Source of the DNA: Bacteroidales bacterium
GTDB lineage: Bacteria > Bacteroidota > Bacteroidia > Bacteroidales > VadinHA17
DNA: 49,747 bases
NCBI GenBank assembly: GCA_015712185.1
Contig: JADDYF010000013.1
Coordinates: 1-49,747 of the forward strand
Direction of reading: 5' to 3'
Numbering within the stretch: the first letter of the stretch is position 1; each line of letters opens with the position of its first letter. The notes under the pieces were generated by a model. That model was not told the origin of the DNA, searched no databases, and worked only from the letters and a program-made list of their open reading frames with translations. A program made the translations under genes and the position numbers. Below are positions 18,077 to 27,119 of the stretch, piece by piece.

Positions 18077-18153
18077 TTAAGGGATTATTACATGTTGAAT
18101 AATTAATTTATATCACTATTTTTATCGATGTCAATATTATATACCCTCAGACT

Positions 18154-19461
18154 ATGAGAATGCGATTTTTAAGTGCAACTGTTATTTTATTAACAATAAC
18201 TTATTGCAGCTCAGCTGTATTTGGACAGAATGCCCCGAGAAATGTTGTTGCCGGCATCTATGTTAACTATAATGAAGATTCGGTCGGGACCTATACACTT
18301 CCCGATCCGCTAGTGATGCTTAATGGCAAAAAGGTAAAAAATACGAGGATGTGGTATAAAAAGCGGAGACCGGAGATTGTCGGGCTTTTCGAGAAGTATC
18401 AGTACGGACGTGTCCCCGGGAGACCAGCTGATATGTCATTCAACGTTTTTGACAAGGGTACTCCTGCCCTGGATGGCAAGGCAATAAGGAAGCAGGTGAC
18501 TGTTTATTTTACCAAGGATACCTCTAAATACAAGATGGATATACTGATATACCTTCCGTCAGGCGTCACGAAACCTGTGCCCCTGTTCCTCAATATTGGT
18601 TTTTCAGTAAACTCCTCTGTTGCTGATGATCCCGGGATCAGAACGGGATATATGTGGGGAAAGGATGGCAAAAGGATTCCTGCTCCACTGAAGGGCGGAT
18701 TCGGAAGGGTCAATCTTGACCAGTTTCTATCCCAGGGAATCGGTTATGCAAATGTCTGTTACAGCGATATAGAACCCGATTTTGCTGATGGGATTAAATA
18801 TGGCATAAGGGGTTATTATCTGAAGCCCGGGACTACTTATCCTGCCCCTGACGAGTGGGGTGCAATATCAGCATGGTCGTGGGGGCTCAGCCGGGCTATG
18901 GATTATTTCGAGACTGATCCGCAGATTGATGCCGGGAAAGTAGCCCTGTTCGGTGTTTCGCGTCTGGGCAAGACAGTATTGTGGACAGGAGCCCGCGACA
19001 CCCGTTTCAGTATGGTAATTGCCAGCTGCGGAGGGGAAGGAGGAGCGGCAATTTCCAGGCGGTGGTATGGAGAGACAATCGATCACATGACTCATCCTAC
19101 AAGATACTTTTACCAGTTTGCGGCCAACTGGAGAAACTATAAGGATGATCCCTCTATGTCGCCGGTGGATGCGCATATGCTTGTTGCGCTGATGGCGCCG
19201 CGGCCGTTATTGCTGCAAACGGGGGAGACCGACAACTGGTCAGATCCGAAGGGTGAGTTTCTTGCTGCTGTTGCAGCGGAACCCGTTTACCTGCTCCTGG
19301 GGAAAAAAGGTCTTGGAACTGATGTTATGCCGGCTGCCGGTATGCCGGTCTTAAACGACCTGGGTTATTTTATGCATGCGGGAGGACATGGGGCGATGCC
19401 ATCTGACTATGAAGTTTTCATCAGGTTCATGAAAATGCATTTCTTTGAAAAGGAGCAGTAA
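18154..19461 (+). CDS. CE15-like glucuronoyl esterase (secreted alpha/beta hydrolase)
   Basis: Signal peptide. Nucleophile motif GVSRLGKTVLW, the bacterial form of the CE15 G-C-S-R-x-G motif. Followed by CGGEGGAA and a C-terminal HAGGHG. Confidence 0.65.
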   Translation: MRMRFLSATVILLTITYCSSAVFGQNAPRNVVAGIYVNYNEDSVGTYTLPDPLVMLNGKKVKNTRMWYKKRRPEIVGLFEKYQYGRVPGRPADMSFNVFDKGTPALDGKAIRKQVTVYFTKDTSKYKMDILIYLPSGVTKPVPLFLNIGFSVNSSVADDPGIRTGYMWGKDGKRIPAPLKGGFGRVNLDQFLSQGIGYANVCYSDIEPDFADGIKYGIRGYYLKPGTTYPAPDEWGAISAWSWGLSRAMDYFETDPQIDAGKVALFGVSRLGKTVLWTGARDTRFSMVIASCGGEGGAAISRRWYGETIDHMTHPTRYFYQFAANWRNYKDDPSMSPVDAHMLVALMAPRPLLLQTGETDNWSDPKGEFLAAVAAEPVYLLLGKKGLGTDVMPAAGMPVLNDLGYFMHAGGHGAMPSDYEVFIRFMKMHFFEKEQ

Positions 19462-19800
19462 CCAGGCAGTATCACTTAGACACAGACTGTAAGGAGGATT
19501 GATTTTATTATGATGTCTGATTTTTGTGTGTTTTTCTCGTATATTCTATTTAGCGGCGGTTGTATCAAATTGTTATCAGGAAAAAGGGGAGAGGCCTCAT
19601 CGGGGGATATTCGAGAATTACTGTGCAGTAATAATTAGACCAGACTCCCCTTTGGTATGTTGACCAGTGGTAACTTAATATATCTGGTTATGTTTTAAAG
19701 CAATATTGTTTTCCCGAAAGTTAAAGCCTGACGATGGGATAAATCAATAGCAAATGAGTAAACAGGCCTTTTGAATTAGTATCGGAGGGTTCTTATTTAA

Positions 19801-19881
19801 CGGCACCCGTTACAAACCGGCGCCAGCGTCGACGAAAATGCTTTTTGCCGGCGCGGATTTACAATCCGTGCCCTTTGGTCC
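19801..19881. repeat. Structured intergenic repeat, copy 2 (unit order B-A, circularly permuted relative to copy 1)
   Basis: It has the same four helices as copy 1, but here GGCAC/GTGCC forms the closing stem. The stem formed by GCGCCAGC and GCCGGCGC pairs at 7 of 8 positions and encloses a loop containing GTCGAC. The GGATT-TAC-AATCC hairpin is identical to copy 1. Confidence 0.6.
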
Positions 19882-19975
19882 CCGGCCAGGCTAAAGCATA
19901 GCCTGCCCCTGAAGGAGGCTTAAAATCCAGTAATAATATGTTCTATATATGGTTTGAATCAGCCCCCCTTCAGAG

Positions 19976-20031
19976 CCGGTCCCGACCACAGGTCGGGAGG
20001 GGTTGGGGGGTAAAATCTCAGGAGGGACCGG
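19976..20031. repeat. Nested GC-rich hairpin element just downstream of the LytTR gene stop
   Basis: TCCCGACC-ACA-GGTCGGGA (19980-19998, 8-bp stem) lies inside the outer inverted repeat CCGGTCCC (19976-19983) and GGGACCGG (20024-20031). C6 and G6 runs flank it. Confidence 0.45.
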
Positions 20032-20034
20032 TGG

Positions 20035-20790
20035 TTATTCATAAAGATGATCCGTCAGTGCCTGAAGAACCTGTTTCTTAAGATTTGGTGAAACGGGTAC
20101 TGTGGTATTATCCTTAAGCTGGAGGTAGCCTCCGCCCGTTTTAACAAATTTGTCGACATAGTTCAGGTTGACGATGTGAGACTGATGTACACGTATGATT
20201 CCGGAAGCTGCGAGGAGACCTGCAAACTCCTTTATAGTCCTGGAGACCATGATACGCTGGCCTCCGGAGAGCCAGAAGCGGGTATAGTTGCTGTCGGCCT
20301 CTGCGCGGATAATATCCGAAACGGAAACGATCTGTAAATGATCGGAAGTATGCAGAATAATACGTTTCAGCACTTTTTTAGGGCTCTGAAGGTTTTCATT
20401 AAGCGCCTGCAGTTTAATCTGCTGCTCTGCCTGGCTGATAACCTGGCGTGCTTTTTCCACTGCCAGACGAAGTTCATCATTGTCGACAGGCTTCAGGATA
20501 TAGTCAAGTGCGGAGACTTTGATTGCATCCAGCGCGTATTCCTGGTGGCCGGTTATGAAGATGATCCTGAAACTGACGGACGGGAATCTCCTGAGCAGGT
20601 CAAATCCGTTGCCATCTGGCAGTTCCACATCGAGAAATAAAAGGTCGGGTTTGTGTCTGATAATGGCCTCATATCCTTCTCCGACCGAACCGGCTGATGC
20701 CAGGACGGTAATGTCGGGAAAATTATCATTCAGGAGGTTTCTTATTGTATTTCTTATTCCAGCCTCATCATCAACTATTACAGCATTCAT
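20035..20790 (-). CDS. LytTR-family response regulator
   Basis: Receiver domain (AVIVDDE...PDLLFLDVELPDGNGFDLL...LDYILKP) and a C-terminal LytTR DNA-binding domain (IRAEADSNYTRFWL...IRVHQSHIVNLNYV). Confidence 0.92.
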   Translation of the reverse strand: MNAVIVDDEAGIRNTIRNLLNDNFPDITVLASAGSVGEGYEAIIRHKPDLLFLDVELPDGNGFDLLRRFPSVSFRIIFITGHQEYALDAIKVSALDYILKPVDNDELRLAVEKARQVISQAEQQIKLQALNENLQSPKKVLKRIILHTSDHLQIVSVSDIIRAEADSNYTRFWLSGGQRIMVSRTIKEFAGLLAASGIIRVHQSHIVNLNYVDKFVKTGGGYLQLKDNTTVPVSPNLKKQVLQALTDHLYE

Positions 20791-20816
20791 AATTTCAGTC
20801 TGGTTTATTGTGAGGT

Positions 20817-22976
20817 TTATGCGTAGATCTTTTTATAAGGAAGCATCATAACAACTTTTGTTCCGGCTGCCCGGTCATTATCATAAAGGTCGATGATCTC
20901 ATAGCTGATACTTTTTTTTCTGAGGGTTTTCCTGAAGTTCTCAAGTCTTTCAGCAGTCACCTTTGTCGAGACAGATCTCCTGGCTCCCTTTTCAGCAGCT
21001 TTTTCAGTAGCTTCTTTTCTGCCGATTCCGTTATCGGTGACCTCAAGTTTCATAAGCCCGTTGCTGATGCTGAAGGTGACTTTCAGGTGTCCTTTCTCCT
21101 TCAGAGGAAGGAGTCCATGCTCAATTGAGTTTTCGACGCATGGCTGGGTCAGCATAGGAGGAATGGAAAGATTTTCGGGATCGATTGTTCCATCGAGTGA
21201 AATGTTATAGTCAAATTCATTCTCGAACCTGAGCTGCTGGATGTCGAGGTAGAGTTTTACAGTCTCAATCTCCTTTTCCAGAGGAATGAACTCCTCCCTT
21301 GAATTCTCAAGGATATTGCGCATCAGCCTGGCGATCTTTGTCAGAAAAGTATTTGCTTTCTGTGGTTTGCCGGCCAGTATAAAATCCTGAACAGCGCAGA
21401 GGGAGTTGAAGATGAAGTGAGGATTCATCTGGGCTCTGAGCAGTCTTTGTTCGAGGTCGATACGGGTAAATTGTGCGCGTAAACGGTTGTGGCGGATATA
21501 AAGAAATGAGATAAGTGAAAGCAACACAATGAGGATCAGCAGTCCGTTTACATACTGTTTTTGCTGTCGTAGTTTATTTTCATTAAGTATCCTTTCTTCC
21601 ATCCTGGCAAATTCTGCTTCCTTCTGTTTTTTGTCAAAATCATATTGAATCTCCATGCGTGTGACCTGTTTCAGGAATTTGTCATTGCTTATACTGTCCG
21701 ACAGTTGTGTGTACTCTTTCAGATATCTGTATGCCAGGTCTTCATGACCGGTTTTGGCGTAGATTTCACTAAGGAGGAGAGAAGCAGTCAGTAAAATATG
21801 AGGCATATCTTTCTCCCTGGCAAGCGAATAGGCTCTTAAGGCATTCTCAGATGCCTGCTGATATCTTCCCCTCCACCGCAGTATATTGCCAAGAGTGACA
21901 TAATAATCAGGCGGTACTTGTATACTGGCTTTGGAAGCGAGAGTCATTGCGCGATTAATATACCAGTAGGCAGAATCAAACTGGTGGAGATAAAGGAAGG
22001 TTGATGCAAGGTTATGGGAGGTCGATGCCTCACCGGAAACAGTATTCATCTGTTTGTTCAGGGCCAGGCTTCTCCGCTGGTAAATAAGCGCGCTGTCGAA
22101 AATGCTTCTGGAATTGTAAATCAAAGCTATATTGTTGCATACTTTGCTTAATTCCCACAGGTCTTTTCTCTTTTCAGATAGAACGAGATGCCTTTTAAAG
22201 AACTCAAGCGCCCTGTTATAGTCTTCCTGGTAATAATATGCGAGTCCGATACTTCCGTAAGCGATTGACATTCCGCTTGAGTCGCCTTTCATCTCCCATA
22301 GATGCAGGGCTTTAAAATAGGAATCGATTGCCTGGCTGAACAATGCCATTTCAGAGTAAATTGTTCCAAGAGTATTTGTGACATCGGCGAGCAGAACAGT
22401 GTCGTTGATGGAACCGGCAGCCTCAATAGCTTTTTCAATATAGTCTCGCGCCTTTTCGAGATCTTTTTCCTGTCTGGCGAGGTAAGACAGCACATGATAT
22501 GCACTTATAATACCTTGTTTGAAGCCAGCCTTCTCAAAGTATTCAAGACAGAGGAGACTGTACCTTTCTGATTCCCTGAGGTTGCTCTTAAAGCTGTAAA
22601 TATATGCCAGGGCGTAATACGACCGGCCCATACCCATATCATCTTCAAGCTGGCTGTAGAGATCAAGTGCTTTCAGACAGTTGCTGAGCGCGCTGTCACC
22701 CGGATTGTATTTCGCAAGCCATGCATTTCCCAGTGCAAGATATGCATCGGCCATTCCCAGCTTATAATTGATATTGCGGGATGAAGCAAGAGCCTGGCGT
22801 GCCACCATGATAGACAGATCGGGATTCCTCCGGGAATTCAGCGAAGCAGTTCTCGTCTGCCTGTTTATTTCAGTAGTGTCGGGTTGTTCCTGTGATATTA
22901 AAAGGTTGTTTATCCCGAATAAAATTACCAGGAGGAAGATATTAGCTTTTACATGAAGACCGGACATTTTCTGCAC
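20817..22976 (-). CDS. Sensor histidine kinase, LytS/His_kinase type, with an N-terminal extracytoplasmic TPR array
   Basis: Signal/TM segment, then about 400 aa of TPR-like repeats and a second TM (LLILIVLLSLISFLYI). H-box NPHFIFNSL and an ATPase domain (NSIEHG...VTDNGIG). 26 nt upstream of the response-regulator gene. Confidence 0.88.
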   Translation of the reverse strand: MQKMSGLHVKANIFLLVILFGINNLLISQEQPDTTEINRQTRTASLNSRRNPDLSIMVARQALASSRNINYKLGMADAYLALGNAWLAKYNPGDSALSNCLKALDLYSQLEDDMGMGRSYYALAYIYSFKSNLRESERYSLLCLEYFEKAGFKQGIISAYHVLSYLARQEKDLEKARDYIEKAIEAAGSINDTVLLADVTNTLGTIYSEMALFSQAIDSYFKALHLWEMKGDSSGMSIAYGSIGLAYYYQEDYNRALEFFKRHLVLSEKRKDLWELSKVCNNIALIYNSRSIFDSALIYQRRSLALNKQMNTVSGEASTSHNLASTFLYLHQFDSAYWYINRAMTLASKASIQVPPDYYVTLGNILRWRGRYQQASENALRAYSLAREKDMPHILLTASLLLSEIYAKTGHEDLAYRYLKEYTQLSDSISNDKFLKQVTRMEIQYDFDKKQKEAEFARMEERILNENKLRQQKQYVNGLLILIVLLSLISFLYIRHNRLRAQFTRIDLEQRLLRAQMNPHFIFNSLCAVQDFILAGKPQKANTFLTKIARLMRNILENSREEFIPLEKEIETVKLYLDIQQLRFENEFDYNISLDGTIDPENLSIPPMLTQPCVENSIEHGLLPLKEKGHLKVTFSISNGLMKLEVTDNGIGRKEATEKAAEKGARRSVSTKVTAERLENFRKTLRKKSISYEIIDLYDNDRAAGTKVVMMLPYKKIYA

Positions 22977-23037
22977 AGGTTCTTATAAGGTCTTTATTGT
23001 TCCAAGATACTAAAAATACCTGTAACTGCTATACCTT

Positions 23038-23829
23038 TCAGCCGGACTTCTTCCGTGGAAACCATGGAAAAAAAGAGCTGGTTCTTTCAATATATTCCCT
23101 GTACCGGGGATTTTTTTCTTTCAGACTTTTTTCGAGCATTGCCACTCCCGAAACTTTTATTATCAAGGCTGTCATCAGGAGAGATCCCAGGACAGGAAGA
23201 TAGCTTCCGGCAGCGAGGCAAAAAAATCCATATCCCCACCATACCGCCGAGTCGCCAAAATAATTCGGATGGCGGGTATATCTCCAGAAACCTGTATCGA
23301 GCACTTTTCCGCTGCTGGCAGGGTTGGCTTTAAAAACAGCAAGCTGAAAGTCACCTCCCGCTTCAAAAAGGAAGCCTGTAATCCAGAGGAAGATCCCGAT
23401 ATAATCGAATATATTCAAAGGCTTATCCTGTCCGTAATACTGAGCACCGAGAAGAGGGGCGGAGATCAGCCACATCAGCATTCCCTGGAGGAGGAAAGTC
23501 TGGAAGAAGCTTATCCACCAGTAACTTCTTTCACCATATTTTTTCCGGAAGTTCCTGTATCTGAAATCCTCACCTTTGCCATAGTTCCGCCATGCGAGGT
23601 AGACAGAGAGACGGAGCCCCCAGATTGTGACGAGAGCAAGTGTGATAATCTTCCTGGCATCAAGGCCATCACTCTTCAGGAAATAGAATACTGCTGCCAG
23701 AACAAATCCGAATCCCCAGAAGAGATCAACAATACTTACGTTTTTAATTATAACGCTTGCAATCCATAATAAGCTCATTAAAATCATTATGACTGCCAGA
23801 GCCTGAACGTAAATCTGGAAGAATGTCAT
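23038..23829 (-). CDS. DUF1295 / steroid-5-alpha-reductase-like integral membrane protein
   Basis: Polytopic membrane protein with the family motifs VDLFWGFGF, WGLRLSVYLAWRN, EDFRY, WRYTRHPNYFGD and C-terminal FFPWFP. Confidence 0.8.
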   Translation of the reverse strand: MTFFQIYVQALAVIMILMSLLWIASVIIKNVSIVDLFWGFGFVLAAVFYFLKSDGLDARKIITLALVTIWGLRLSVYLAWRNYGKGEDFRYRNFRKKYGERSYWWISFFQTFLLQGMLMWLISAPLLGAQYYGQDKPLNIFDYIGIFLWITGFLFEAGGDFQLAVFKANPASSGKVLDTGFWRYTRHPNYFGDSAVWWGYGFFCLAAGSYLPVLGSLLMTALIIKVSGVAMLEKSLKEKNPRYREYIERTSSFFPWFPRKKSG

Positions 23830-23840
23830 AGTGAAATCAG

Positions 23841-25643
23841 TTATTCATATAGAAGAGCGACAGATGCGGCACCCACTCCGGCATTGGCTCCTATTATCGG
23901 TGAGATATTGACGACAGATACCGGTTTGATACCTGTCAGTGTTTCCATCTTTTCAGTATACCATGCTGCGGCATCAGTATTATTTGCATGGAGGACAATA
24001 TAATTCCATATTTTGCGGATTCCTGAAGATTTGATATGAGCCATCACCTTTTCCATGTTTGCTTTCTGGCTGAAAGCTTTGTCAAAGGCTACTGCCTTGC
24101 CGGTGTCGTCGAGTGTAACAATCGGATTAATGTTAAGCATGCGGGCGACCAGACCTCTGACAGCTGAGATCCTGCCGCCGCGGACCATGTATTTCAGTGT
24201 TCTGACGCTTACAAGGATACGGGTGTTGCTGATCCATCTCTCCGCATTTGCTACTATTTCGTCGTGTGATAATCCGGCTTCAATTGCCCGGGCAATCCTC
24301 AATACGATCAAACCAAGACCGCCTGAGATATTCTTTGAATTCAGTACCGTAACAGGCTTGTTGAATTCCCTGCTTATTGTTTTTGCGGCTTTGACACTGC
24401 TGCTGAATGTCCCGCTGAGCTTGTCGCTCAGATGAACCGAGATTATTGAGTCGTAGTGAGATGCAAGATGTGAATATATATTCGTGAAAGCTGCTTCGTT
24501 GACCTGTGATGATTTGGGATATTCGGCACCGGTATCGAGTAGCTTGTAAAATTGTTCTGGCTGGATTGTGATCTTATCGAGGTAGTGATTCTCGCCGAAA
24601 TTTATGTTGATGGGCAGCATATTGATCTGATAATGATCAATGATGTCATTTGACAGATCACAGGTAGAATCAGTCACCAGTGCGATGTTCCACTTCCTGC
24701 TGTAAACCGCTTCGCTCTGGCGGATCATATCATCGGCTTTCTGAAAGGTAAGAGTACCGGTATTCCTCAATTCATCAAACAGCTCTGCAGGTGTATTTGT
24801 GTGGATATGGAACCTTCTGATCCGGTCGGAACCTGCAACGACAATTGAATCGCCGAATTTAGCAAGGATCTCTTTCAGTGCACTGTTTTCGAAACGGCTG
24901 TTTTTAATTATGGCTTCGGTACAATATCTGAAGTCAACCTTTTCTGCAATCACCTCCTCAATCTTCGGGAAAGATGCTGTTTCTGTCTTTGAAAGGATCA
25001 GCTCCTTCACATTCCTTGAATGGATAAACTCGATGATCCCTTCAACAAAAAGAACAAATCCCTTTGCTCCGGCATCGACAACATTATTTTTTGCCAGAAT
25101 CTTTAGCTTCTCTTTGGTTTCGAGCAACGACTTCCTGAGAACTTCATACGAACTGACCAGCAGATTATTGAAGTCTGAAAACCGGGGCCAGCTCTGGTAG
25201 ATATAATCTGCCCAATCCTTGATTACTGTCAGCATAGTGCCTTCAACGGGATTGGCAACGGCTTCATATACATACCTTACGGACCGCTGGATGCTTTCGG
25301 CAAACTGCCTGGTGGTTACAGATTTAAGATCACCGGTCTCGTTGCTTAGCCCGTAAAAGAACTGTGCAAATATTATTCCCGAGTTTCCCCTTGCATTAAG
25401 CAGTATTGCCTCAGCAATACGGTCTGCTGTGATTTTATATGATCTGTGGGGATGAAGCGATTCTATTACGGATCTGATAGTGGAAGCAAGATTGGTGCCT
25501 GTGTCTCCGTCGTTGACAGGGAAAACATTGATCTTATTCAGCTCGACCTGATTGGCAATTATCTTCCTGGCACCTGCAATAAAGGTGTAATAAAGATTTC
25601 GACCGTCCATCTGTACAAGCGGGGCTCCAGAGACTAATGTCAT
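23841..25643 (-). CDS. Dak2-domain / DegV-domain fusion protein (fatty-acid-kinase-like, single chain)
   Basis: The N-terminal part has a Dak2 signature (VNDGDTGTNLASTI...ARGNSGIIFAQF). The C-terminal 285 aa or so have a classical DegV signature (IALVTDSTCDL...MLPININFGENHYLD...PKSSQVN...VHLSDKLSGTFSS). Confidence 0.85.
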   Translation of the reverse strand: MTLVSGAPLVQMDGRNLYYTFIAGARKIIANQVELNKINVFPVNDGDTGTNLASTIRSVIESLHPHRSYKITADRIAEAILLNARGNSGIIFAQFFYGLSNETGDLKSVTTRQFAESIQRSVRYVYEAVANPVEGTMLTVIKDWADYIYQSWPRFSDFNNLLVSSYEVLRKSLLETKEKLKILAKNNVVDAGAKGFVLFVEGIIEFIHSRNVKELILSKTETASFPKIEEVIAEKVDFRYCTEAIIKNSRFENSALKEILAKFGDSIVVAGSDRIRRFHIHTNTPAELFDELRNTGTLTFQKADDMIRQSEAVYSRKWNIALVTDSTCDLSNDIIDHYQINMLPININFGENHYLDKITIQPEQFYKLLDTGAEYPKSSQVNEAAFTNIYSHLASHYDSIISVHLSDKLSGTFSSSVKAAKTISREFNKPVTVLNSKNISGGLGLIVLRIARAIEAGLSHDEIVANAERWISNTRILVSVRTLKYMVRGGRISAVRGLVARMLNINPIVTLDDTGKAVAFDKAFSQKANMEKVMAHIKSSGIRKIWNYIVLHANNTDAAAWYTEKMETLTGIKPVSVVNISPIIGANAGVGAASVALLYE

Positions 25644-25670
25644 TTTACCACTTGAATTAATTCTACAAAG

Positions 25671-26975
25671 TTAGTAATTTTTTGGATTTCGAATGATGCC
25701 TGATTTATAAGCAGTTAGTGCTCTGTGCCTGGCGAAATCATGAGCCACAATTTTTTCAGGATAACCGGTTTCTCCCGTGTATCCGGTCCATTTCCTGACA
25801 TATTCATTTTCCGGGTCAAATTTCTTCTGCTGTGTTACGGGATTGAAGATCCTGAAATATGGTACGGCATCGCATCCTGTTCCTGCAGCCCATTGCCAGT
25901 TCCCGTTGTTGGATGAGAGTTCATAATCAAGAAGCTTTTGTGCAAAATAAGCTTCACCCCACCGCCAGTCAATAAGAAGGTGTTTGCAAAGGAATCCTGC
26001 GGTTATCATACGTACCTTGTTATGCATATAGCCGGAACTCTTCAACTGTCTCATGCCCGCATCAACGATAGGGTATCCGGTTTCACCATCGCACCATCTT
26101 TTAAACTCCTTCTCATCATTTCTCCAGGTGATATCATCGTAAACCGGTTTAAAATTATTAGTTACAACATTCGGGAAATGTAACAGAATCTGCATAAAAA
26201 ATTCACGCCATATCAGTTCATTAAGAAAGGAGAGGTTCTCATTGTATGCTTTATCAACCACTTTCCTGATACTTGCTGTACCAAATCTGAGGTGCGGCGA
26301 AAGATAGCTGGTTTTATCCGCTGCAGGTATATCTCGGTATTTGTGATAGTCATGAATTACAGACAAGTCGTAAGGCTTTACCAGGATATTGCTTTTCCGG
26401 AATTTCAATTCATCAGGATGAGGAAATCTGAAATGTTTCTGATAATACCTTAAATCATCGGGTGCTTTCTGATAAGTGATTGAAGGTAAGCTCTCCTTTA
26501 ATTTCCGGAGCCACATATTTTTATAATGAGTGAACACAGTGTAAGGCTTACCATTGGGTTTAAGAATTTCATTTTCTTCAAATATCACCTGGTCTTTGAA
26601 CTTTTTCGGTCCGTAATTATGTCTTGCAAGCAGAACCGAAATTTTACCATCTCTTTCAACTGCGTATGGTTCATAATCCTTATTGATGAAGACCTCATTA
26701 ATATCATAGGATGTTATAAGTTCTTCCCATATTTTTATCGGATCACCTTTTAATATCAGAATTGAGCTTCCTGATTTCTGAAGTTCCTTATCAAGGGCAG
26801 AGAGTGACTCATAAATGAAATTCACTCTTGGATCATCGGCAGGGAGTTCATCAGTGATATTTTTGTCGAAAATAAAAAGAGGCAGCACAGGCAATCCCGA
26901 ACTTAAGGCCTGGTTAAGTCCGGTATTATCTTCCAGCCTCAAATCCCGCCTGAACCAGAATATATTTATCTTCAT
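25671..26975 (-). CDS. Cryptochrome/photolyase-family flavoprotein (Cry-DASH or CPD photolyase-like)
   Basis: MKINIFWFRRDLRLEDNTGL is the standard photolyase N-terminus. The FAD-binding domain has WREFF, GYMHNKVRM and SSNNGNWQWAAGTG. The ORF's 27 extra upstream codons (to 27056) look non-native, so I use the start at 26975. Confidence 0.88.
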   Translation of the reverse strand: MKINIFWFRRDLRLEDNTGLNQALSSGLPVLPLFIFDKNITDELPADDPRVNFIYESLSALDKELQKSGSSILILKGDPIKIWEELITSYDINEVFINKDYEPYAVERDGKISVLLARHNYGPKKFKDQVIFEENEILKPNGKPYTVFTHYKNMWLRKLKESLPSITYQKAPDDLRYYQKHFRFPHPDELKFRKSNILVKPYDLSVIHDYHKYRDIPAADKTSYLSPHLRFGTASIRKVVDKAYNENLSFLNELIWREFFMQILLHFPNVVTNNFKPVYDDITWRNDEKEFKRWCDGETGYPIVDAGMRQLKSSGYMHNKVRMITAGFLCKHLLIDWRWGEAYFAQKLLDYELSSNNGNWQWAAGTGCDAVPYFRIFNPVTQQKKFDPENEYVRKWTGYTGETGYPEKIVAHDFARHRALTAYKSGIIRNPKNY

Positions 26976-27119
26976 GTTTTTGACTGTTGGAGAGCTGTTG
27001 CAAGACCCCCGAGATCTGCTCCGGCTGTAAGTATTTGTAACCAGTTTACTGGTCATAAAAGAACATCATAATAAAGCTGCAGCATTAATAAGATGTTTTC
27101 GGGATTATATAATAACTAT

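Noticed and set aside
19510-19638. 42-codon ORF (MMSDFCVFFSYILFSGGCIKLLSGKRGEASSGDIRELLCSNN) preceded by AAGGAGG
   Set aside because: Bacteroidota rarely use Shine-Dalgarno-dependent initiation. The 12-nt spacing is long, the peptide has no recognisable features, and it cannot be tested without comparative data. Kept only as a note in the long-spacer finding.
19976-20031. The GC-rich hairpin as the intrinsic terminator of the LytTR gene
   Set aside because: On the minus-strand transcript the stem is not followed by a U-rich tract (the sequence continues CCGGCUCUGAAGGGGGG). It is better described as a repeat or structured element, although it may still impede transcription.
25671-27056. The longest-ORF start codons for several genes (27056, 41222, 45667, 31806, 5826)
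   Set aside because: In each case an internal Met gives a canonical N-terminus: the photolyase MKINIFWFRRDLR, or lipoprotein or signal peptides beginning MKK or MYT. The upstream extension is non-hydrophobic filler or overlaps a hairpin or the neighbouring gene. Shorter starts were used.
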